Assembly: GCA_018828205.1 (NCBI GenBank)
Contig: JAHJWA010000245.1
Coordinates: 1 to 39,602 of the forward strand
DNA length: 39,602 bases
Reading direction: 5' to 3'
Source of the DNA: Alphaproteobacteria bacterium
Lineage (GTDB): Bacteria > Pseudomonadota > Alphaproteobacteria > Sphingomonadales > Sphingomonadaceae
A model generated the notes under the pieces. It was not told where the DNA came from. It worked only from the letters and a program-made list of their open reading frames with translations, and ran no database searches. Below, one piece after another: positions 1-9,915 of this stretch (positions are counted from its first letter, which is position 1; each line of letters starts with the position of its first letter). The position numbers and the translations under genes are program-made.

Positions 1-759
1 CCCTTGCGCGTTCAACTCGTCGAGCAGGCCGGGAAAGGTGGCACTCGGAAAGCCGACCACGGTCAGGGTGCGCAGATGCGCCGTGCCGAGGCGCGGCTCC
101 AGACCGCCGGCAAGCGGCTGGTCGGCGAGCAGCGCATCGAGATGCATCGGCGTTTCGGGGACGCGCACCTCCTGCCCGCGCGTTGAGATGCAGCCGTGCA
201 GATAGGTCAGCGTCTCGCCGTCATCGAGCCAGGCTATCTCGGGAAAGAACCCTTCGAACAGCCGGAGCAGCCGGTCGGTGCGATCGGCAAATCCATCGCG
301 CAGTTCGCGCGGGTTCACGCCCTTGTGCGTCTTGCCTTCGTAGAGCCAGCTTTCGGCGCGCGCGCCGTCTTCGACGGGCGGAAGCCACACGAATGTAAGG
401 AAATAGCGGCTTTCGAAATGCACGCCTTCCTCGGCAAACTGCTCCGCGCGCTCGCGCTCGACGAGGGCGGACGCCGGATCGGGAAAGTCGCACACTGGAT
501 AGCCCAGCGCGGGACGACGCACGGCCTCGACGAAGATGGCCCAGCCCGATCCCAGCCGGCGCAGCGCGCTGTTTAGCCGCGCAGTCGTGGCAACGAGCTC
601 GGCAGGGGTTGCGCTGTCGAGGTCCGGGCCTCGGAAGCGTGCGGTGCGCTGGAAACTGCCGTCCTTGTTGAGGACGATACCCGGCGCCACCAGCGCGGCC
701 CAGGGCAGGAAGTCGCTGAGCCGGTCGGCGTTGTTCCGATATTCGCGAAGCGAGAACAT
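1..759 (-). CDS. trbE: Conjugal transfer ATPase TrbE (VirB4 family), 5' part; runs off window
   Basis: Not in ORF track. Manual translation from ATG at 759 gives MFSLREYRNNADRLSDFLPWAALVAPGIVLNKDGSFQRTARFRGPDLDSA, a typical TrbE N-terminus. It starts 3 nt after the trbD stop. Confidence 0.93.
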   Translation of the reverse strand, partial: MFSLREYRNNADRLSDFLPWAALVAPGIVLNKDGSFQRTARFRGPDLDSATPAELVATTARLNSALRRLGSGWAIFVEAVRRPALGYPVCDFPDPASALVERERAEQFAEEGVHFESRYFLTFVWLPPVEDGARAESWLYEGKTHKGVNPRELRDGFADRTDRLLRLFEGFFPEIAWLDDGETLTYLHGCISTRGQEVRVPETPMHLDALLADQPLAGGLEPRLGTAHLRTLTVVGFPSATFPGLLDELNAQG

Positions 760-762
760 CCG

Positions 763-1038
763 TCAGACCTCGAAATGTGCGGGAAAGCGCAGGTGCCGCC
801 GCGCGACGTCGACGAACTGCGGATCGCGCCGCGCGGCCCAGACCGCGATCACGTGCCCGGCAGCGAAGACGGCAACGCCAGCGACCCACAGCTGCAAGCC
901 GACCCCGATCGCACCGGCCAGGGTCGCATTGGCGATGGCGAGACCGCGCGGCGCTCCGCCGAGCAGGATATGCTCGATCAGGGCCCGGTGGACCGGGACG
1001 GCGAAGCCGTGCGGCAGGCCGGATGCACCGTCTTCCAT
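763..1038 (-). CDS. trbD: Conjugal transfer protein TrbD (VirB3 family)
   Basis: MEDGASGLPHGFAVPVHRALIEHILLGGAPR...AARRDPQFVDVARRHLRFP; ATG overlaps the trbC stop (TGATG). Confidence 0.92.
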   Translation of the reverse strand: MEDGASGLPHGFAVPVHRALIEHILLGGAPRGLAIANATLAGAIGVGLQLWVAGVAVFAAGHVIAVWAARRDPQFVDVARRHLRFPAHFEV

Positions 1039-1370
1039 CAGACCAGAGCTCCGCCGCCGAACGAAAAGAACGACAGGAAGAAGGACGAGGCGGCAAAGGC
1101 GATCGACAAGCCGAAGACGATCTGGATCAGTCGCCGGAAGCCGCCCGAGGTATCGCCGAAGGCGAGCGCCAGCCCGGTCGCGATAATGATGATCACAGCG
1201 ACGATCTTGGCAACCGGTCCCTGGATCGATTCCAGGATCGCCTGCAGCGGCGCCTCCCACGGCATCGATGAGCCGGCGGCGTGCGCTGGAGCGGCGACTG
1301 CCAGTGCGACAATGCCACAGACAATCAAGGCAGGCAGGCGCGGGCGCGCCCGTAACAGAGTGTGGGTCAC
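1038..1370 (-). CDS. trbC: Pilin TrbC (VirB2 family)
   Basis: AHAAGSSMPWEAPLQAILESIQGPVAK...LAFGDTSGGFRRLIQIVFGLSIAFAASSFF; GTG start overlaps the trbB stop (GTGA). Confidence 0.93.
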   Translation of the reverse strand: MTHTLLRARPRLPALIVCGIVALAVAAPAHAAGSSMPWEAPLQAILESIQGPVAKIVAVIIIIATGLALAFGDTSGGFRRLIQIVFGLSIAFAASSFFLSFFSFGGGALV

Positions 1371-2347
1371 AGGGAATCTCCTTGGATTGGGCAAAGGGGC
1401 GCGAGCACATAATTGCCCCGCGCATCGAGCGGGCGGACCTCGGCCAGTTCGGCAAGCCGCCGTACCGTACCGTCGCGCACCAGCACCGCGATCACGTCGA
1501 TGGTCTCGGCGATGAGAGCGCGCGGCACGGTCACCACGCTCTCCTGGATCAGCTGCTCGAGCCGTCTCAGCGTGCCGAGCGCGGTTCCGGCGTGGATCGT
1601 GCCGATCCCGCCGGGATGACCGGTGCCCCATGCTTTCAGCAGATCGAGTGCTTCCGCGCCGCGCACCTCGCCGATGGGGATGCGATCGGGCCGCAACCGC
1701 AGCGCCGAACGAACGAGATCGGACAGCGAAGCCACGCCGTCCTTGGTCCGCAGCGACACGAGATTGGGGGCAGCGCACTGGAGCTCGCGCGTGTCCTCGA
1801 TCAGGACCACGCGGTCGGTCGAGGAAGCGACCTCGGCAAGCAGGGCGTTCGTGAGAGTCGTCTTGCCAGTCGATGTGCCACCGGCGACGAGGATATTCCT
1901 GCGCACGGCAACCGCGGCAGAGAGCGCCTCGGCTTGGCTGGAAGACATCCCCCCCGCCGCGACATAATCGTCGAGCGTGAACACGGCGACAGCGGGCTTG
2001 CGAATGGCAAAGCTTGGCGCAGCCACAACGGGCGGCAGCAAACCTTCGAAACGTTCTCCGCCTTCGGGCAATTCGGCGGAGACGCGCGGCGCTCCGCCAT
2101 GCACTTCGGCTCCCACATGGTGCGCCACCAGACGGACGATCCGCTCCCCGTCGGCAGCGCTCATCGTCCGCTCGGTGGCCGCAAGGCCTTCGCCCAGCCG
2201 ATCGATCCAGAGGCGTCCGTCCGGGTTGAGCATGACCTCGATCACCGACGGGTCTTCAAGCCAGGCCGCGATCTCCCCGCCCAGAGCGGTACGCAGCATG
2301 CGCGCGCCGCGCGACAATGCTTCGGATCGGATCGGAACTACGCTCAT
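1367..2347 (-). CDS. trbB: P-type conjugative transfer ATPase TrbB (VirB11 family)
   Basis: Walker [38 protein letters not shown]; start taken at MSVVPIRSE. Confidence 0.95.
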   Translation of the reverse strand: MSVVPIRSEALSRGARMLRTALGGEIAAWLEDPSVIEVMLNPDGRLWIDRLGEGLAATERTMSAADGERIVRLVAHHVGAEVHGGAPRVSAELPEGGERFEGLLPPVVAAPSFAIRKPAVAVFTLDDYVAAGGMSSSQAEALSAAVAVRRNILVAGGTSTGKTTLTNALLAEVASSTDRVVLIEDTRELQCAAPNLVSLRTKDGVASLSDLVRSALRLRPDRIPIGEVRGAEALDLLKAWGTGHPGGIGTIHAGTALGTLRRLEQLIQESVVTVPRALIAETIDVIAVLVRDGTVRRLAELAEVRPLDARGNYVLAPLCPIQGDSL

Positions 2348-2596
2348 GCCAGGCCTCGGAACACCGCGACCGACGGCCGGTCGCGTTCTGAGGCACATCA
2401 AGAAGACAGGATTTCAGGGCACCGCAACAGGAAGTGGCAGGTGTCGAACGGCAGCGCGGAAAAGGTAAGCCGGGCGTAGCGAGCCGCATCCGGTGACCCC
2501 AGCGCAAGAAGGCTGACCGGCGGGCCGACCAGGTGCGTGTCCTCCCGAAACCCGGCTGCATTTTATCTATGAGAACAGGATTGCATTGAGAACACA

Positions 2597-3217
2597 ATGG
2601 CAACAGGTAGTTCAGTGCCTGACTGCGTCACACTCGCAAGAAACAAGCGTAAGGAGAGAACTTTGCGATCAAGTTTGACACGAAAATCGGCGTCCGCCTC
2701 CTGCAATGCACCTCAACAGACATACACACTTGTGAGGTTCCCGAACGGCGAGACGCGGCGAATGACCGCTGGCACGCGTACCGATATCTCCAAGGCGGTG
2801 ATCGAGGCCTTTGCCCCCACATTTCTTGCCAAGCCGAGCGTCATTTTCTGTAGACAATCTTGCAACGAGGCGATCACCGACGGCGTGGAACTCCTTAAAA
2901 CGCTAGGACTGATTTTTCCAGCCGACGTAGCTCTGCCGTACATTATCCTGGTCGATATTGGGCCGGCCCATCCGCTCCTCGTATGCGTGGATATCGGCCT
3001 TTCCGATAGGGCCATCGATGATGCGCGCGAGACAGCCTTGATAAAGATCGCCGACCAGGCAGGTTTCGCGTCGCGGAATGTCGCTCTGGTAGCGGCCTTT
3101 GTTGATCGCGAAAAGGCTCTCCCCGGGGAAGCCACGGGCAGGCTTGCTGGGGGCAGCTACGCCTGGTTCGCCTCGGAGCCCGATAATCTGATAGCGACAT
3201 GGCCGGTTCGCGGATGA
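2597..3217 (+). pseudogene. Degenerate C-terminal fragment of a BsuBI/PstI-family type II restriction endonuclease
   Basis: VRFPNGETRRM...ISKAVIEAFAPTFL...LPYIILVDIGP...AWFASEPDNLI resembles the BsuBI/PstI C-terminal domain. The N-terminal domain is absent, catalytic PD reads PY, and there is no cognate MTase. Confidence 0.7.
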
Positions 3218-3366
3218 GGGAAAGTTCGAAAACAACCTGTGCAAAGGTGTTCGCGGGAAGATGACGAAAGGAAACGCACAAGGTCAAGTCTCCGGGTGAT
3301 GACTGAACGCCCAGTCCGCCGAGCGAAACCGCAGTTTGACCGCTCGTGCGAATCTTCAACACCATC

Positions 3367-4233
3367 TCAGTCGGACGGTTCTGGACGTGCCGCCTCATCG
3401 TCGCTGTCGAGCCGATCCTCTCGCCGGATATTATCCACGAATGCCTGCAGCACGGCGTTCCTGTCGGAGAAAATCGTCGCATCCGCGAAGTGCTGGCGCA
3501 CCTTCTCCTCTATTTCCGCGACAGTCTGGTTTTCTGGGTTGCCCTCGGCCCATTTGCGACCGGGATGGACGGTGTCGAACGGTGATTTGTTATTCGCCCG
3601 AGTGGTTGCCGCATCGCCGTGCTTGCCGAGCCCGTAAAGAATGCCAGTCTCGTTGTTCCAGATGGGACGAAACATTCGGATGAGATGGCTCTCGGCGGCC
3701 GCCTGATACCCTGTCTGGACCGCCAGCGCCCGGCAATCGAAGTCCTCGATCGCGATACCATCGACCTTCTCGATGTTGCGACGATGCTCATTGAGTCGAT
3801 CGGCGAGTTTCGTGCCCTGATCGATCGCGGTCTTCGGATTTCCCTTTGGGTCCGCCTTGCCAACATAAATGGGCGTCTCGCTGCCGCTAATGGGCGCGTA
3901 GAGCGAATTATCGCCCGTGTAGTAGATCGCGTAGACACCCGAGCCATAAAAGCGCCCCAGCTCACCCAGACTCTTCCTGTCCTGAGCGACAAGAGCGAGG
4001 GCCACGAAGTTGCCGATAAGGCTAGGTTCCGCTGGATCGAAGAATGCGTCGGGCAACTCGTTGGGGTCGATCTTGCGCGTCAAACGCTCCAGCCGGTCGC
4101 GCATGTCATCGACCCGGTTAACCAGCTGCCTGCGCGCGGGATTCGTCAGACCATCGGCCTCGGTAGCGGCGAGCAGTTCCTCGATCTCCGCGAGTATGGT
4201 GCTCGCCTTCGTAACGGACGGATTGCGGGCCAT
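3367..4233 (-). CDS. Eco29kI-family (GIY-YIG) type II restriction endonuclease
   Basis: FYGSGVYAIYYTG...PIYVGKADP (GIY-YIG), RLNEH, AESHLIRMFRPIWN, GLGKHGD; lies directly downstream of a C5-MTase. Confidence 0.88.
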   Translation of the reverse strand: MARNPSVTKASTILAEIEELLAATEADGLTNPARRQLVNRVDDMRDRLERLTRKIDPNELPDAFFDPAEPSLIGNFVALALVAQDRKSLGELGRFYGSGVYAIYYTGDNSLYAPISGSETPIYVGKADPKGNPKTAIDQGTKLADRLNEHRRNIEKVDGIAIEDFDCRALAVQTGYQAAAESHLIRMFRPIWNNETGILYGLGKHGDAATTRANNKSPFDTVHPGRKWAEGNPENQTVAEIEEKVRQHFADATIFSDRNAVLQAFVDNIRREDRLDSDDEAARPEPSD

Positions 4234-4235
4234 GT

Positions 4236-5417
4236 CTATTGCTTGGTGGTGTCGGAGTTTTCGAGCGCGACGGCGACGCTGCGAGCTACACGCTCGGCCA
4301 GGGTGACCGGTACCGCGTTGCCAAGCTGCCGCATCGCTTCCGACCAAACGCCCTCGATCCGATAACTGTCGGGGAAGGTCTGGAGGCGCGCACTTTCCCG
4401 CACCGTGAAATATCGTACCGATCCATCCGCGCGCGCAAGCATGTTCTCGCCACCCGGGACGCCGTGCACGCCCGCCTTCAAGGCCTTCGCGGCGTCATCC
4501 AGGGGGCTGCCGGTATGTCCGGGGTAGCTTTTGGCGCCTGGCTGGAACCGATGCCCTGTCAGCCTCGGACTGTCTCCAATTCCATGTTCTGGATCGGGCA
4601 GGGTGGCAAGCGCGTCCCGTACTGTGACCCACGGCAGGGCAGTTGGTCGTTCGGTCATTCTTTCCGCTCGCGCCCTAATGCGCTCGGCATTGCACCACCT
4701 TTCCCGCCTGGGAACCCCATGGCGATCGAAATACTGGCCATGCGCCTGTTCCCAAAGCAAGGCATCTTGCGAATGCGTCGCTTCCGGGAACGACCATTCG
4801 ATCGCCTTGTCCTTACGGAAGCCCACGAAGAAGACTCGATGCCTCTTTTGGGGCACACCGTAATCGGCCGCATTCAGCACCTCGGCGACAAGGCTGTACT
4901 CAAGGCCTCGGTCCGCGCGAGAGCCGGTATGGTGCCGCTCCAGCCTGCGGAGATGGGCGGACCAGTCTTCCTCGCCCTTCGCCACGAGCTCAGGGTATTG
5001 CATCTGCAGCTTGATGTACTCGTAATAGGAGCTGAACCGCTCCCGGGTGAGGCCCCGCACATTCTCGAAGATGAAGGTTCTTGGCTTCGCCTCGCGCACG
5101 GCCCTCACCGCTTCCGGGAACATGTCGCGCCTGTCGGCATGCGCCAGATGGCGACCTCCAACGGAGAAAGGTTGGCAGGGCGGCCCTCCGGAAATCAGCT
5201 CGACTCTCCCCTCATGCGCGGTGAAGTCCGCGTCACGGACATCGCTCTCGATATCCAACGGCCATCCCTTTGTGTCGCGCTGGCGTGCGCGACGGTTGGC
5301 CAGAAGGGTCCGCTGACAATTGGGCTCCCACTCGACAATGCGCTCGGGCCTGAATCCAGCCCGGCCGATACCGATGCCAAGGCCACCAGCGCCCGCGAAA
5401 AGCTCGATTGCCTTCAC
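4236..5417 (-). CDS. dcm: DNA (cytosine-5)-methyltransferase of the R-M system
   Basis: Motif I ELFAGAGG, catalytic GGPPCQPFS, ENV, QKRHRVF, RESARLQTFP, GNAV. Confidence 0.95.
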   Translation of the reverse strand: MKAIELFAGAGGLGIGIGRAGFRPERIVEWEPNCQRTLLANRRARQRDTKGWPLDIESDVRDADFTAHEGRVELISGGPPCQPFSVGGRHLAHADRRDMFPEAVRAVREAKPRTFIFENVRGLTRERFSSYYEYIKLQMQYPELVAKGEEDWSAHLRRLERHHTGSRADRGLEYSLVAEVLNAADYGVPQKRHRVFFVGFRKDKAIEWSFPEATHSQDALLWEQAHGQYFDRHGVPRRERWCNAERIRARAERMTERPTALPWVTVRDALATLPDPEHGIGDSPRLTGHRFQPGAKSYPGHTGSPLDDAAKALKAGVHGVPGGENMLARADGSVRYFTVRESARLQTFPDSYRIEGVWSEAMRQLGNAVPVTLAERVARSVAVALENSDTTKQ

Positions 5418-5836
5418 GACGTGTGGTCCAGAAACTGAGTGACTAGTCGTTCCATCGTGTCATCGTTCCTAGTTTGGCACTCCCAGATTACCAAGACATC
5501 CCAACCAAGTTTCCGCAGATCAAGCACATTCCGTCGATCTCGTGCCTTGTTGGCCTCCAGCTTGGGAACCCAAAAATCCAGCCGTGACTTTGGAAGACGC
5601 GCTAGTTTGCAATCCGGATCGTCGTGCCGATGCCAAAAGCATCCATTAACGAAGATGACTTTCCTGCGAGGGCCGAAGACAAGGTCAGGGGTGCCCGGAA
5701 GTGATCTACGATGTAGACGATAGCGATAACCCAGGCGATGGACCAACCGGCGGACCCGAAGTTCGGGTTTCGTATCCTTCGCCTTAATCTTGCTCATTCG
5801 GACGGAGCGCGAGGCCGGATCCAGGATATCAACCAC
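5414..5836 (-). CDS. vsr: Very short patch repair endonuclease Vsr
   Basis: RSVRMSKIKAKDTKPE, LPGTPDLVF, FVNGCFWHRH, GWDVLVIWEC; GTG start at 5836 is inferred; stop overlaps the MTase start. Confidence 0.93.
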   Translation of the reverse strand: MVDILDPASRSVRMSKIKAKDTKPELRVRRLVHRLGYRYRLHRRSLPGTPDLVFGPRRKVIFVNGCFWHRHDDPDCKLARLPKSRLDFWVPKLEANKARDRRNVLDLRKLGWDVLVIWECQTRNDDTMERLVTQFLDHTS

Positions 5837-6148
5837 GCTTTGAGCATACTGCAACATGTCGGCGACCGTAAATGGGCCGGTAGCGGACTGGCAGCTATTG
5901 GCGTTCGAGCCGCGAAAATGCGACAATTGGAAATCAGCTCTAGACCCGCTCGAGCGCAATTGTCTGATAGTGATGCCAGCCGGGGTCGAGGCTTCGGCTG
6001 GCAGTTCGTAGTTGGGCACGCAAATTGCCTTCAGATGCCACATTCGCAAACAACAAATGTGTGCTCGGAGCAGCAGGGCCGCGCTCCTGCGAAAGCATAT
6101 GAAAGTCCTGAGGCAGCAACGCTTGAGGCACTGAGAGATGACACATCT

Positions 6149-8353
6149 TCATTGATCGGTCCGCGCTAAAGGCGTCGGTAAAGCTCTTGCCTTCTCGGCG
6201 AGTATAGTCGCGGAGAGCACTTGCGGGAGAATTTCCGGCTCTGCGCCTGGCGCGTAAAATATGTAGAATGGAATTGAATTCCGGTCATGCTGGGCGAGGA
6301 AACGCGTGATAGCCGGATCTTGACGGGTCCAATCGCCAGTCAGTGTCACAATGCCAGCCTCTGCAAACGCCTCGCGCGTCGCATCGGTGTGGATCGCAAC
6401 GCTCTCATTGACCTTGCAGATCAGGCACCAGTCGGCGGTGAAGTCAACGAACACCGGCGTGCCTGCTGCGCGCAGCTGAGCCAAACGCGCCTCGCTGAAC
6501 GGCTCGTGCCCCGCATGGCGCTTGATGTCATCCGTCGCGGTTGCGGACGGAGCCTCCGGGATTCCGACCGCAATCAAGGCGACCAGCGCGAGCGCGGCCG
6601 GGACGAGTGTCGGCCATCCGACGACCCCGCTGCGCTGGCGCAGGCCGAACCACCACAGAGATACGGCGAACAACGCCGCAACGACTAGGCCCAGCGCCAT
6701 TCCGTCCACCCCGGTCTGCCGACCGAGCAACCAAGCGAGTGCTAGCGCAGTCGCAAACATCGGAATCGACAGAACCTTGCGCAGCGTGTCCATCCATTGG
6801 CCCGGTTTGGGCAGGCGTCGCTGAATCGCGGGGATGAACGCGATGGCGAGGAAGGGTAGCGCCATGCCGAGGCCCAGCATCGCAAACACGCCCAGCGCGA
6901 TCGGCGCGGGCAGCACCAGCGCCGCACCGAGCGCCCCGGCCATGAATGGTCCGCTGCATGGCATGGCGATGACCGCGGCCAGCGCACCGGTCGAGAAGCC
7001 GCCAATCCATCCCCCACTGTGCCCACCGCGCGCAGCGAAGGCCGGCAAGGGCAATTCGAACAGCCCTGCGAGGTTGAGCGCGATGGTGCCAGTGAGCACG
7101 AGCAACACGAGGATCACGCCAGGAGACTGGAGCTGGAACGACCAGCCAATCTCCATCCCGATTGCGCGAAGGCCAATGAGCAGGCCGCCGAGGAGCAGCG
7201 CGGTGAAGATCGCGCCACCAGCGTAACCCAGCCCCTCGATCCGCGCGGCGCGCCTGCTTGCCCCACTCTTAGCGAGCGATAGCGCCTTAAGGCTGAGGAT
7301 AGGGAACACGCATGGCATCAGATTCAGTAGCAATCCGCCGGCCAGCGCGCCCAACAGCGCGATCCGGATAACGTCGCCAGATACGCCCGCAGATGGCTTG
7401 GGTGGCTCGACGGAGACTTGCTGGGTGTCTATCTGTGCGCTCTCAAAGGATATCCCGGTAGCGACTGCCGTGTCGGTGCTCGCTTCAACGCCGATCTGTG
7501 GAGTCATCGCAGAAGCGGGCGCAAACGCTGCCGCGGCATCGGATGGCGGAGTTGCACGATCAGCGGTGAAAGAACGGGAGCCACTACTGTTCGCAAGAAC
7601 GCCGCGGAAACTGCCGCTCGGCGCGTCACCTTTGGCTTTTATGCGAATAAGTCCGCGGCCGTCTTCGGTGCTCGATCGCTGGGCTGACGCCGCATCGAAC
7701 CAGCCGTCATCGATCGGGAAGAGATGCGCGGACGGCTCTTGCGCGACCGGAAGTGAGAAAACCCAGTCCGACCCGTCGCGCCAGTAACGCGTGCCTCGCA
7801 GCGGTCTTGGCATCGCGCGTTCGGCCGCCGCCACTATTTTGGCTCCGGCAGTATCGGGCGCTCCATTGCCTACGGTCAGATCGGCGGCCAAGTTCGCGCT
7901 TTCGGGCACGCACAGCGTATCGGAACACACAAGCCAATTCAGCGCAACGCGCACCGGCAGCTTCGCGCCACGAGCCAGGCCTTCAGGCATGCGCATTGTC
8001 GCAAGCAGTGTAAACGGCCCTTCGTGGACGTAACTGGCGATCCCCTGAACGTCGAGCAGATGCGGTGCCGGATGGCGCAGCGGAGTAAAGGTGACCCCGG
8101 TAGGCGCTTGCCAACGTGCTTCCACCGGTAGGCCGGCCTCACCCGGATTAGACCAGTAGCCGTGCCAGCCTGTCTCGGGCACCATTCGGATTGCGACCGT
8201 AACCTCATCACCCGCCGCTGGCTTGAGCGTCTCGAACGCCATCGAGGCTTCGACATGGCGTGCATTTTGCGCCGCTACGGAAAGCGGTAGGAACGCTGCG
8301 AGCCCGATCAAAAGCGAGGCGAGGAAAGCGAGGAGACGGGGCGCGATAGTCAT
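6149..8353 (-). CDS. dsbD: Thiol:disulfide interchange protein DsbD/ScsB-type (N-terminal domain + transmembrane domain + thioredoxin)
   Basis: Signal peptide, WHGYWSNPGEAG, CSDTLC, membrane NLMPCVFPIL and PCSGPFM, C-terminal DFTADWCLICK. Confidence 0.92.
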   Translation of the reverse strand: MTIAPRLLAFLASLLIGLAAFLPLSVAAQNARHVEASMAFETLKPAAGDEVTVAIRMVPETGWHGYWSNPGEAGLPVEARWQAPTGVTFTPLRHPAPHLLDVQGIASYVHEGPFTLLATMRMPEGLARGAKLPVRVALNWLVCSDTLCVPESANLAADLTVGNGAPDTAGAKIVAAAERAMPRPLRGTRYWRDGSDWVFSLPVAQEPSAHLFPIDDGWFDAASAQRSSTEDGRGLIRIKAKGDAPSGSFRGVLANSSGSRSFTADRATPPSDAAAAFAPASAMTPQIGVEASTDTAVATGISFESAQIDTQQVSVEPPKPSAGVSGDVIRIALLGALAGGLLLNLMPCVFPILSLKALSLAKSGASRRAARIEGLGYAGGAIFTALLLGGLLIGLRAIGMEIGWSFQLQSPGVILVLLVLTGTIALNLAGLFELPLPAFAARGGHSGGWIGGFSTGALAAVIAMPCSGPFMAGALGAALVLPAPIALGVFAMLGLGMALPFLAIAFIPAIQRRLPKPGQWMDTLRKVLSIPMFATALALAWLLGRQTGVDGMALGLVVAALFAVSLWWFGLRQRSGVVGWPTLVPAALALVALIAVGIPEAPSATATDDIKRHAGHEPFSEARLAQLRAAGTPVFVDFTADWCLICKVNESVAIHTDATREAFAEAGIVTLTGDWTRQDPAITRFLAQHDRNSIPFYIFYAPGAEPEILPQVLSATILAEKARALPTPLARTDQ

Positions 8354-8356
8354 CGG

Positions 8357-9061
8357 TTAGCCACCCTTGGTCTCGGCATTGAACTCCCGAGCCAGCGCTA
8401 CAGCCTCGGTTAGACCCTCGAAGTTGATCGCGCCTGGAACCATATATGGCCCAATCAGGAGTGCTGGCGTGCCCTGCAGACCCATCTGTGCCGCCTGCAT
8501 TTTCGTGCGTCCGATCAGTTCATCTATTTCGGATCGGCGTGCTTCCAGATCGCGCTGTAGCTGCGTCCAGTCGACGCCGGCGCGATCGGCGGCGGCGCGA
8601 ATCTTGTCGGAGTCAAGCTTGCCCTGTGTCTGCATCAATGCATCGTTGAACTCAGCATGCTTGCCCTGCCATTGCGATGCGATTGCCGCACGTGCCGACT
8701 CCTCCGACGCTGCACCGAATAGCGGCAAATCCCGATAGACGACGCGCACGCGTCCATCTTCTTCAGCCAATCGGTTTAGCTCCGGATGCACCTTTCGACA
8801 GAAGGGACATTGGTAATCGGTGTAGAACACCACCGTCACATCGTAATCCGCCGGTTCGAGTTTGGGCGCGATTGGATCGTCGGCGATGGCAGCGCGCGCA
8901 GCCATTGCTTCCTCGCTGGCGGCAAGATCGCGCTCTTGCTGTCCGTGGGGCGCGCCGGAGGACGATCCATCGCCGGCGGTAGTCTGGGCATAGACGATCG
9001 CGGCACCGCCCAGCATCAGCGCCGAAATCGCAGTTATCAGGGGCCATCGAGCCATTATCAT
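8357..9061 (-). CDS. Periplasmic DsbA/ScsC-like thioredoxin-fold oxidoreductase
   Basis: Signal peptide, DYQCPFC active site, GLQGTP cis-Pro loop; ATGA overlap with upstream gene. Confidence 0.88.
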   Translation of the reverse strand: MIMARWPLITAISALMLGGAAIVYAQTTAGDGSSSGAPHGQQERDLAASEEAMAARAAIADDPIAPKLEPADYDVTVVFYTDYQCPFCRKVHPELNRLAEEDGRVRVVYRDLPLFGAASEESARAAIASQWQGKHAEFNDALMQTQGKLDSDKIRAAADRAGVDWTQLQRDLEARRSEIDELIGRTKMQAAQMGLQGTPALLIGPYMVPGAINFEGLTEAVALAREFNAETKGG

Positions 9062-9858
9062 TCTCCTCGTAGTTCATCCATCTGAGCGGTCATCGCCGCA
9101 CGCGAAATCTCGCCGACATGCGTCGCGACCACTTGGCCGGACTCATCGACAAAGAGTGTTGCCGGCAGCGCGGTATTCTCCAATGCACGCATCATCGCAG
9201 AGGACCGGTCGAGCACGACCGCGGCGGGGGAAACCCGGTTCGCGAGCAGATAATCTTGAATGGCGCGTGGCTCCTCGCCCTGATTGACGAGGAGGATCGG
9301 GATGTCCGAGGTTGCGGCCATATCAGCCAGCATTGGCAGCTCGCGGCGGCAAGGCGGGCACCAGGTCGCCCAAAGGTTCACGACGAAAGGTTGTCCTGTC
9401 AGATCTTCCGGTGTCACGGGCGATCCGCCAAGGCGCTCCAGTTGCGGCAAGTCCGGCAATGGTCGCGGATCGGGGCGCAGCAACGCTGAGGCTGCGAACC
9501 ACACTGCGCCGAACACTGCGACCGTCGCCAGTCCCTTGCCCATCGCCGCGACCGGTCTCATCCGCCAAGCGAGTATTGCTGCCGCCACGATCAGTCCTGC
9601 CCAAGCGGAGAAGCCGCCCTGCCAGAAGGCTAGGGACGACCACCAGTCATGCGCGAACGCATCGCCATGCTGGGCTACGTAGGCAATCCGCGCTGCAATA
9701 AGCCCTCCAACGATCGCAAGCCCAGTGGCCGGAACCGCGCTCGCACCTTCGCGCGGAAGAATGCGATCCATCGCGAACATAAACCCGATCAGCAGGGCAA
9801 CCGCGAGCAGGCGATCGGTGGCCAGAGCCAAAGGGCCGAGATTGACTACGCCGTCCAT
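9058..9858 (-). CDS. TlpA/DsbE-family disulfide reductase with N-terminal membrane (Lgt-like) domain
   Basis: GVVNLGPLAL..., ARIAYV, WQGGF membrane part; VNLWATWCPPCRRELP, LPATLFVD. Confidence 0.88.
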   Translation of the reverse strand: MDGVVNLGPLALATDRLLAVALLIGFMFAMDRILPREGASAVPATGLAIVGGLIAARIAYVAQHGDAFAHDWWSSLAFWQGGFSAWAGLIVAAAILAWRMRPVAAMGKGLATVAVFGAVWFAASALLRPDPRPLPDLPQLERLGGSPVTPEDLTGQPFVVNLWATWCPPCRRELPMLADMAATSDIPILLVNQGEEPRAIQDYLLANRVSPAAVVLDRSSAMMRALENTALPATLFVDESGQVVATHVGEISRAAMTAQMDELRGE

Positions 9859-9882
9859 GAGCAGGGCAAATCGCGGACCAAT

Positions 9883-9899
9883 CTTAAATGGCGCTTACG
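9883..9899. promoter_or_regulatory. Putative response-regulator box (CTTAAA-N5-CTTACG) upstream of tlpA-dsbA-dsbD
   Basis: 11-bp-period direct repeat matching the boxes at 10470 and 12942. Confidence 0.55.
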
Positions 9900-9915
9900 T
9901 CCAAAGTGGAGCGGG

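Noticed and set aside
4239-5438. 399-aa plus-strand ORF and similar long antisense ORFs (1268-2479, 26869-27852, 35017-36135)
   Set aside because: Each mirrors a well-supported minus-strand gene and shows no family motifs
5837-6049. N-terminal extension of Vsr in the ORF track (and similar extensions of trbC, trbD, traF, the YeeE genes, DUF442, cydB and rdfS)
   Set aside because: These come from longest-ORF calling; family similarity and RBS or overlap patterns point to the downstream starts used here
2600-6100. Apparent absence of CCGCGG within the R-M module as evidence of its specificity
   Set aside because: Checked only by eye, only a few sites are expected in 3.5 kb, and CCGCGG occurs repeatedly elsewhere in the window
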